Shown here: positions 19,250 to 26,588 of the stretch, piece by piece
How positions within the stretch are numbered: the first letter of the stretch is position 1
Layout: every line of letters starts with the position of its first letter
Origin: Gemmatimonadota bacterium
GTDB lineage: Bacteria > JBHIER01 > G020348925
Assembly: GCA_020348925.1 (NCBI GenBank)
Contig: CP070758.1
Location: 2,020,030 to 2,084,029 of the forward strand
Length of the DNA stretch: 64,000 nt
Reading direction: 5' to 3'
Notes under the pieces: generated by a model
Seen by the model: the letters and a program-made list of their open reading frames with translations, nothing else
The model's database searches: none
What the model was told of the DNA's origin: nothing
Program-made: the position numbers and the translations under genes

Positions 19250-22200
19250 CTATCTCAATATTTTAAGGGAAATCATAAACTCTTTCTCTATAGAATGATG
19301 TTTCTCGAAGGCCAATGCATATCCCAGAGAGAGTGTCGACGGAAGGTTAGAGAATATGACGAGCTGCATATCTATCTGACCACCGGCATTCATTACGGAT
19401 CGTCTGTAATCTTTGCTCGTCAGCTCGAAGAGATCGTCAGGATCCACGTTCGTCTTGATTCCGGAGGTGAAAACGGCCATTCGGGCCCAGTTACAGTACA
19501 GGACAGGAAATCCGAATCGCCGGAATCGCAGAGGCGGAAAGGTCCATTCGAGCATCATTTTGGCGTAATTTGTACCACCGATGGCGTTGAGCTCGACACC
19601 GGGAAAGCTGTAATACTCCCTGTAACGCTTGATGGACAAATAATCGACCCAGTTGTTGCCAAACCCTCCGAAATAAAAGTTGGCAAAGGGTTCGTCCCGA
19701 TCACCGTGAGCATATCCGAAGGAGCTTCTCAACCAGAGTGCCATGTGCTCGATGGGGAGCAAAAACCCGTAATCGAGGTTTGCGTTGACATGAGGGTAGA
19801 ATTTTTCGTTGACGTAGGTGTTGAAGGAGTTTATTTGCCCAGTCACCCCTTTCTCGGAATCGACCCCACCCAATGTTGTCCGCTTATTGGAGTAATTCAA
19901 ATTTGCCCGCAGTGTCACAAACTTGTCGTAGGAGACCGCAACGTTCTGGAAATCCGGGAGCCGTTCGAGTCCGCCGTAACCGGCCACATTGAAGGAATAA
20001 TCCAGCATCTTCGGCTTCTCGTAGATGAGGTAACTTTGATAATTCAGGGACAACGAATAGCCTTTCCGACTCTTCTTGGTGGGGCCGAAAAGGTCGTAGA
20101 AATCCGCTCCGTTGTATGAGGCCGAGATATCCCACGGCCACTTGCTATAGTTAAAGGTGGTGTGGAATCGTTCGTCACCCGGTAATTTCGAATAGGGCGA
20201 ATAGGATGCTGTGAGATTGAAGTCGTTCATCCTGATGGGATCGGCGAAATTCATGCGGATCCCAAGGGCCACATAATCACTGTGTCCGTCAACGTACGTG
20301 TCCCTGTATCCCTCAACAACGGGATAGACGGAGGCAAGTTTTATGTTCCGAAAAGGACTGTAGGGACCGCTAAAGGTTGTCAGGGAATCGATATTGATGG
20401 ACGCCGGTGATCCGGCCATCCACTCCGTGACGATGGGGTGTCGGTCCACAACGGCCTGCCCCAGGTACCGTATGGCACTCACGTCCTCCAGCGGTTGCGC
20501 GGAGATCATGACCGGTAGAAATCCTTTCCCTGTGTACCGGAAGACGATGAGAGAGTCGCCCGGGAGAGGGACCGGTCGAAAGAAACCGGTCTCGCAATTT
20601 GTCAGGATGTCCATGTGTTCGGTTTCGAAATCGTATCTCCAGACGTTTGAGACACCCGTGTAGTATGAGGTTCCGAGGAGATAGCGACCGTCGTCAGTGA
20701 AGACAAAATTTTGAGGGGCATTTTCCTCGAATTCGTACAGCACGTCGTAGGAGGTGTCCTTGCTCAGGAGGTTTTCGATGTTCATTCTGATGAGACGCTG
20801 CCTGCCGGTGACCTCGATGATGGACGCCGTCAGGTACTTTCCGTCCGGGGAGATATCGAGATCGAAGATGTTCTTTCCGTAGGGCAAGACGAAAATATCC
20901 TCCCACGTCTCATAAGGAGATGGAATCCGAACCACTATGGATCGCCCGTTGTGGTGTTGCACACCCCATAACGATTTGTCCGCACGATTGAAGGCCAGAT
21001 CCCCGGTCCGACAGTCCTTGATCAGCCTTTTCGACGTTCCGGTCTGAAGGTCGACGACCCGAATATCCCGCCAGCGAAAAACGTTATCGGTCGTGAAGAA
21101 GATGTTCCGTGTGTCCGGATCGTAGGCCAGGGACGAGACGTAGTACAAGGCAGGCCCGGGAACATTGCAGATCTTCTCGATCCTGCCGGTGTCGATATCG
21201 ATGGAGGAGATGTTGGCCAGTTGGCCGGGGTAGAGGGTGGCTGCATACAGTTTTCTCGTCACTGGATCGTAGAATGAGCGTGAGACCGAGCCGAGGGCGC
21301 GCTCGGACAGAGGCCGATACTGCGTCACAGGATTGGCATGAATCGAGTCGAGATTTGTCCGTTGCCACTGATGCTCCCACTCGACCCAAGCGACCCACTC
21401 GTCATCCAGGGATCGCCCGTACACCTTCTTGAACTGGGAGGTAAAATATCGTTTGCTCTCACCAGTTCGATCGAACCACTCCAGCAGTTTCTCAGGCCCA
21501 TAGTGATAGGCCAGATAGCTCACGAAACGGGTCCCGTAGAGGTAAGAGTTTTGGCCGACCTGAAAATCGATGGTCGTGCCCTCGGATTCGAGCCCCACGA
21601 TATCGTAGAAGTAGCTGCTGTCCCGAACCATGGTTCTGAAAACCATCTCATCATAACCACCCAGGGCGCGTCCGAGACCTCCAGACATCCACGTCTCCAA
21701 AAAGACGGCGATCCCTTCATGGTACCACCGCGGACAGTACCACCGGGGACTCGTCAGATAACTGTAAAACATCGAGAGGGGATAGTCGGCGATGGGCAAG
21801 ACCTTTCCGAAGAATATCGTACGATAGAATTCATCGTTCGGTGAAGATTTGTCTGTGGCCACCACGTGGACAAGCTCATGGTGCATGAGCCAGTTCATTC
21901 GCTCATTGGACGGGGCCGTTTCATACACCTGCTCAAAAGGTTCGATACCGAGGGTGATGTAGTTCCAGGGCATCGTTATCGTCCCGCCGTGTCCAATATC
22001 TCCAAAATCATGCAGCAGAATGAGCACTTTTTCCGAAGGCGTATAGTCAAAAAGCTCCCTGTGAAACTTCATTGAGTTTTCGAAACTCCGGGCCAGATGG
22101 GCAATGATGTAGTAACTTTCCTCGAAGTACACCAAAAGCAGAAACTCTGTCTCCAGCGACTGAAGCTGCACTGAGGCGGCGGGCATTGAGATGAGGAATA

Positions 22201-22258
22201 AAAAAATGCAACTTATAGAAAAAACAAAACGTTTCACGAGTGATTCCCTCCCTTTCAT
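19250..22258 (-). CDS. Secreted/outer-membrane protein: gluzincin (HEXXH...E) peptidase domain, TolB-like beta-propeller and C-terminal beta-barrel (Omp85/BamA-like by inference)
   Basis: Signal peptide; HHELVH followed by WYHEGIAVF; propeller-like blades (LAYDPDTR, LDISPDGK, FVFTDDGR); the last ~350 aa are aromatic amphipathic beta-strands with a YFGGFGN loop. Confidence 0.7.
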   Translation of the reverse strand: MKGRESLVKRFVFSISCIFLFLISMPAASVQLQSLETEFLLLVYFEESYYIIAHLARSFENSMKFHRELFDYTPSEKVLILLHDFGDIGHGGTITMPWNYITLGIEPFEQVYETAPSNERMNWLMHHELVHVVATDKSSPNDEFYRTIFFGKVLPIADYPLSMFYSYLTSPRWYCPRWYHEGIAVFLETWMSGGLGRALGGYDEMVFRTMVRDSSYFYDIVGLESEGTTIDFQVGQNSYLYGTRFVSYLAYHYGPEKLLEWFDRTGESKRYFTSQFKKVYGRSLDDEWVAWVEWEHQWQRTNLDSIHANPVTQYRPLSERALGSVSRSFYDPVTRKLYAATLYPGQLANISSIDIDTGRIEKICNVPGPALYYVSSLAYDPDTRNIFFTTDNVFRWRDIRVVDLQTGTSKRLIKDCRTGDLAFNRADKSLWGVQHHNGRSIVVRIPSPYETWEDIFVLPYGKNIFDLDISPDGKYLTASIIEVTGRQRLIRMNIENLLSKDTSYDVLYEFEENAPQNFVFTDDGRYLLGTSYYTGVSNVWRYDFETEHMDILTNCETGFFRPVPLPGDSLIVFRYTGKGFLPVMISAQPLEDVSAIRYLGQAVVDRHPIVTEWMAGSPASINIDSLTTFSGPYSPFRNIKLASVYPVVEGYRDTYVDGHSDYVALGIRMNFADPIRMNDFNLTASYSPYSKLPGDERFHTTFNYSKWPWDISASYNGADFYDLFGPTKKSRKGYSLSLNYQSYLIYEKPKMLDYSFNVAGYGGLERLPDFQNVAVSYDKFVTLRANLNYSNKRTTLGGVDSEKGVTGQINSFNTYVNEKFYPHVNANLDYGFLLPIEHMALWLRSSFGYAHGDRDEPFANFYFGGFGNNWVDYLSIKRYREYYSFPGVELNAIGGTNYAKMMLEWTFPPLRFRRFGFPVLYCNWARMAVFTSGIKTNVDPDDLFELTSKDYRRSVMNAGGQIDMQLVIFSNLPSTLSLGYALAFEKHHSIEKEFMISLKILR

Positions 22259-22295
22259 TCCACATAGTTCTCTTGGAATTTATCACCTGTGACCA

Positions 22296-22324
22296 AACAT
22301 AAGATGCTTTCTTCTCGTTGTCAA
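22296..22324 (-). promoter_or_regulatory. Putative sigma70 promoter of the peptidase-barrel gene
   Basis: TTGACA-N17-TATGTT immediately downstream of the terminator hairpin. Confidence 0.55.
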
Positions 22325-22334
22325 GTTTTTTGTT

Positions 22335-22372
22335 ATAAAAAGAAAGAGATGCCGAGCCTCGGCATCTCTTTC
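22335..22372 (-). terminator. Intrinsic terminator of the repeat-protein gene
   Basis: 14-bp perfect stem gaaagagatgccga/tcggcatctctttc with a 3-nt loop, followed by TTTTTA on the minus strand. Confidence 0.85.
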
Positions 22373-22404
22373 CCCTCTACTGTGTATGTCAACGACCGCC
22401 TGTC

Positions 22405-25400
22405 TTAGTGTTGATACTCCAGCTGGAAGGCCTGCAGATCGGAAACTAAGTTCTCAAGAGCTCGGATTTCCTCTCTCTGCAGAGTGGGGATCACCTGCTT
22501 CCTGAACCCATCAAACTCAGCCACAAGGTTCTCCAAAGCCTGGATCTGCTCGCGCTCCAGAGCCGGGATGACCCGCTTGTCCAAAGTCCGCAACTCAGCG
22601 CCCATATGTTCAAGGGCTTGGATCTGCTCACGCTCCAGGGCCGGGATGACCTGCTTCTGAAAGCCGTCATACTCAGTGACCAGGTTCTGCAAGGCCAGGA
22701 TCACTTGCTTCTCGAGCACCCGCAGCTCCTGCCGCTCCAGGGCCGGAATGACCTGCCGGTCCAAAGTGCGGAACTCACCGGCCATATGCTCAAGGGCCTG
22801 GATCTGCTCGCGCTCCAGGGCCGGGATGACCTGCTTCTGGAAGCCATGAAACTCAGTCACAAGGCTCTGCAGGGCTTGAATCTCTTGCCTCTGGAGGACC
22901 ACTATCTCTTGCCTCTCAAGAGCGGGAATGATCTCTCGCTCCAGGGCCGGGATCACCTGCTTCTGCAGGGCCGGAATGACCTGCCGCTCCAGGGCCGGAA
23001 TGACCTGCCGGTCCAGTGTCCGGAACTCACCGGCCATGTGTTCGAGGGCACGAATCTCCTCTTTCTCCAGGGCCGGGATCACCTGCTTCTGAAAACCATG
23101 AAAGGCAAGTGTCAGGTTCTCTAGGGCAGGGATGATCTCTTTCTCCAGGGCCGGGATCACCTGCTTCTGCAGGGCCAGAATGACCTGCTTCTGCAATGCG
23201 GGGATGATCTCTTTCTCCAGAGCTTGAATTTCCTGCTTCTCCAGGGCTGGAATGACCTGTCGCTCCAGGGTCGGGAGAACCTCTCTCTGCAAGGTCAGAA
23301 TGACCTGCCTCTGGAGGGCCGGGATGACCTGCTTGTCCAGGGTGTTCAGCTCAGCGCCCATATGTTCGAGGGCACGAATCTCCTCTTTCTCGAGGGCCGG
23401 GATCACCTGCTTCTGGAAACCATCGTACTCTTTAACCAGGCTCTCCAGAGCCGGGATGACCTCTCTCTCCAGGGCCGGGATCACCTGCTTGAACAAGGCA
23501 GGTAAGACCTCTTTTTCCAGGGCCAGAATCACCTGCTTCTCATAAGCTGGGATCACTTGCCTCTTTAGGGTGCTTAACTCAACCGCCATATGCTCAAGAG
23601 CCTGAATCTGTTCTCTCTCCAGAGCCGGGATCACCTGTTTCTGGAAACCATCAAACTCCGTGACCAAACTCTCCAACGCCTGAACCACTTCCTTTTCGAG
23701 GACCCGCAGCTCCTGGCGCTCAAAAGCAGGGATCACCTGCTTGTCCAGGGTGCGCAATTCAACCGCCATACTTTCGAGAGCCCTGATTTCCTCTCTCTCC
23801 AGCGCCGGGATGACCTGCCTCTGAAAACCGTGAAACTCAGTGACAAAACCCTGCAACACCTGAATCTCTTGCTTCTGGAGAACCAGCATCTCTTGCCGCT
23901 CCAAGGCCGGGATGACCTCTCTCTGAAGCGCCGGGATCACTTGTCTCTCCAGGGCCGGAATGATTTGCCGCTCCAGGGCCGGAATGACCTGCTTGTCCAG
24001 GGTAGTCAACTCAGCGGCCATGTGCTCAAGAGCACGGACTTCCTCTCTCTCTAAGGCCGGGATAACCTGCTTCTGAAAGCCATGAAACTCTTTGACCAAA
24101 TTCTCCAGGGCCGGGATGACCTCCCGCTGCAAGGCCAAGATCACCTGCTTTTCCAGAGCCGGGATGACCTCCCGCTCCAGGGCCGGAATGACCTCTCTCT
24201 CCAGCGCCGGGATCATCTCCCTCTCCAGAGCCGGAATAACCTGCCGCTCCAAGGCAGGGATCACCTGCTTCTGCAGGGCTGGAATTATCTGCCGCTCCAG
24301 AGCCGGAATGACCTGCTTGTCCAGGGTGTTCAGTTCTGCGGCCATATGTTCCAGAGCCCGGATTTCCTCTTTCTCCAGAGCCGGGATCACCTGCTTCTGG
24401 AACCCGTCAAATTCAACCACCACGTTCTCAAGAGCAGAAACGACCTCTTTCTGCAGGGCCAGAATGACCTGCTTCTCCAGGGCCGGGATGACCTCTCTCT
24501 GCAGGGCCAGAATGACCTGCTTCTCATAAGCCGGGATCACCTGCTTCTCCAGGGTGCTCAGCTCAGCGGCCATATGTTCCAGAGCCTGGATCTGCTCACG
24601 CTCCAGAGCCGGGATCACCTGCTTCTGGAAGCCATCAAACTCTTTGACCAGGTTCTCCAACGCCCGAATTTCTTCCCTTTCGAGAACCATTATTTCCTGC
24701 CTCTCAAGAGCGGGAATGACCTGTCGTTCCAAGGCCGGAATGACCTGCCGCTCCAAGGCCGGAATGACCTGCCGCTCTAAAGTAGGAATGATCTGCTTGT
24801 CTAAGGTGTTCAGCTCAGCAGCCATGCGTTCGAGAGCTTGGATCTGCTCGCGCTCCAGTGCAGGAATCACCTGTTTCTTGAAACCATCAAACTCCTTGAC
24901 CAGGTTTTCCAGGGCCGGGAGGACCTCTCTCTGCAGAGCCGGGATGACCTGCTTATTCAAAGCGGGAATGACCTCTTTCTCCAGGGCAGGGATCATCTCT
25001 TTCTCCAGGGCCGGAATAACCTGCCTGTCCAAGGTAGGAACAACCTCTTTCTGGAGTGCCGGCAGGACCTCTCTCTGCAGGGCAGGAATAACCTCTCTCT
25101 GCAGCGCAGGAATGACCTGCTTGTCCAATGTGCTCAATTCAGCGGCCATATGTTCGAGGGCTTGAATCTGCTCTTTTTCCAGCGCGGGCATCACCTGCCT
25201 TTTGAAGCCATCGAACTCCTTAACCAGGTTCTCCAAAGCCGGAATAACCTCTTTCTCCAAGGCCGGAATGACCTGTTTTTCCAAAGCCGGGATGACCTCT
25301 TTCTCCAAAGTCAGCATCACCTGCTTCTCGAATGTGGGGACCACGAGCTTTTCCAGTTTCCGCAACTGAGCGGTTGTCTGCTCGAGGGCCTGAATTTGCT

Positions 25401-25812
25401 CTTTCTCAAGAACAGGAAGCACCTGCTTCCGAAAACCATCAAACTCTGTCACGAGATTCTCTAACGCACGCAGCTCCTCCTTCTCTAAGACGGGGGTCAC
25501 CTGCCGTCCCAAGTGCTGCAATCTGGCAATCAAGTTCGCCAGTTGACGACCATCCATCTCCCCCAATTGGGGCTTCGTCGTATTTTCAAAGGCCTCAAAC
25601 TGCGCCGCCAAATTAAGGAGTTGTTGGCCTTCGAGGACCACGTCACTTTCTGTAATCTGATCCGCCCGGTATTTCTTGACTTTTCCGATCGTACCCCGTA
25701 CGTCTTCACCGGGCGTAGGTGGATAGAAGAACGCAAAATAAGCGATGACAAGAACTGCGATGACTATGCCACCAGCTAAAATTTTCTTCATCAAACCACT
25801 GCGCTTTTCCAT
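22405..25812 (-). CDS. Membrane-anchored hierarchical tandem-repeat protein (VIPAL[EQ][KR][EQ] octads plus 13 x ~44-aa modules); function unknown
   Basis: 1135-aa open frame after a GGAGG RBS; N-terminal hydrophobic helix ILAGGIVIAVLVIAYFAFFY then PP..GEDVRGTIGKVKKYRADQI; ~1030 aa of Pro-punctuated amphipathic repeats with synonymous third-position variation. Confidence 0.9.
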   Translation of the reverse strand: MEKRSGLMKKILAGGIVIAVLVIAYFAFFYPPTPGEDVRGTIGKVKKYRADQITESDVVLEGQQLLNLAAQFEAFENTTKPQLGEMDGRQLANLIARLQHLGRQVTPVLEKEELRALENLVTEFDGFRKQVLPVLEKEQIQALEQTTAQLRKLEKLVVPTFEKQVMLTLEKEVIPALEKQVIPALEKEVIPALENLVKEFDGFKRQVMPALEKEQIQALEHMAAELSTLDKQVIPALQREVIPALQREVLPALQKEVVPTLDRQVIPALEKEMIPALEKEVIPALNKQVIPALQREVLPALENLVKEFDGFKKQVIPALEREQIQALERMAAELNTLDKQIIPTLERQVIPALERQVIPALERQVIPALERQEIMVLEREEIRALENLVKEFDGFQKQVIPALEREQIQALEHMAAELSTLEKQVIPAYEKQVILALQREVIPALEKQVILALQKEVVSALENVVVEFDGFQKQVIPALEKEEIRALEHMAAELNTLDKQVIPALERQIIPALQKQVIPALERQVIPALEREMIPALEREVIPALEREVIPALEKQVILALQREVIPALENLVKEFHGFQKQVIPALEREEVRALEHMAAELTTLDKQVIPALERQIIPALERQVIPALQREVIPALERQEMLVLQKQEIQVLQGFVTEFHGFQRQVIPALEREEIRALESMAVELRTLDKQVIPAFERQELRVLEKEVVQALESLVTEFDGFQKQVIPALEREQIQALEHMAVELSTLKRQVIPAYEKQVILALEKEVLPALFKQVIPALEREVIPALESLVKEYDGFQKQVIPALEKEEIRALEHMGAELNTLDKQVIPALQRQVILTLQREVLPTLERQVIPALEKQEIQALEKEIIPALQKQVILALQKQVIPALEKEIIPALENLTLAFHGFQKQVIPALEKEEIRALEHMAGEFRTLDRQVIPALERQVIPALQKQVIPALEREIIPALERQEIVVLQRQEIQALQSLVTEFHGFQKQVIPALEREQIQALEHMAGEFRTLDRQVIPALERQELRVLEKQVILALQNLVTEYDGFQKQVIPALEREQIQALEHMGAELRTLDKRVIPALEREQIQALENLVAEFDGFRKQVIPTLQREEIRALENLVSDLQAFQLEYQH

Positions 25813-25870
25813 TGCTTTACCCTCCCTTCAAAGGTTTCAAACTTCCGACTACCAACCATCAACCATACAG

Positions 25871-25903
25871 CTAACGGATCAGACGAACCATACTCACCTC
25901 CTT
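25871..25903 (-). promoter_or_regulatory. Leader minigene MVRLIR* (25871-25891) with a perfect Shine-Dalgarno AAGGAGGTGA (25894-25903)
   Basis: Minus strand reads AAGGAGGTGA-GT-ATG GTT CGT CTG ATC CGT TAG, ending 58 nt before the repeat-gene start. Confidence 0.5.
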
Positions 25904-26041
25904 TTTTCATTGTCCAAATCTTTCAAGATCGTTAACTCATTACGTTGTCTTATCAAAGTACAAATCAAACTCGAAATAGTTGGTCTTTTTTTATACTTTT
26001 CCAATCATCCGGTATCCCGCCTGACAATAATAGGGCGGTCA

Positions 26042-26141
26042 NNNNNNNNNNNNNNNNNNNNNNNNNNNNNNNNNNNNNNNNNNNNNNNNNNNNNNNNNNN
26101 NNNNNNNNNNNNNNNNNNNNNNNNNNNNNNNNNNNNNNNNN
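26042..26141. other. Assembly gap / contig join (100 N)
   Basis: Run of exactly 100 N. Confidence 0.98.
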
Positions 26142-26429
26142 AGGATATGAATTTGGACCTATAATAACCCCAGAAACAATAGAGAAACATTTAAGAAACA
26201 CTTGAGATACGATAAAGAAACAATTTGATATGTATATTTTCTATACATCTCAAGTATTTTACCATCTCCCCGGGCCTTCTTTGATTTTCTGTTCGCCTTC
26301 CTTTAATCGAAAAAGAGCAAGTCTGAAGCAGATGAGTGGAACCGACAGGAAAGGTTAGAACTTTATAATTTTATAATTAATTATACAACATAGAGTTTCG
26401 AGACTAATATAGTAATCACATTAAATCTT

Positions 26430-26457
26430 AGTTCGTATAATATATATTATGTAAACA
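26430..26457 (+). other. dif-like XerC/XerD recombination site
   Basis: AGTTCGTATAA-TATATA-TTATGTAAACA: 11-6-11 layout close to E. coli dif (GGTGCGCATAA-TGTATA-TTATGTTAAAT), in AT-rich intergenic DNA. Confidence 0.78.
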
Positions 26458-26588
26458 TATTAATGATGTATCTTTTATTGTGTATATTCCAGAAGTCCAA
26501 ATCATACCATGATTAATCCTGATGGGACGTATAATTTTTGAATATTACGAGAAAATGGGTCTCTTGAGGGACGTAATACAGTTTCTGT

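Noticed and set aside
22405-25510. CRISPR array or non-coding satellite; many plus-strand ORFs rich in LQGRDDL or SRAGMT
   Set aside because: The repeats are contiguous multiples of 3 with no unique spacers, vary at synonymous positions of the minus-strand frame, and have no cas genes nearby. The plus-strand ORFs are antisense shadows.
25812-26457. Linking the repeat-protein module to the dif-like site as one integrated element
   Set aside because: They are separated by a 100-N contig join, so physical linkage is unknown
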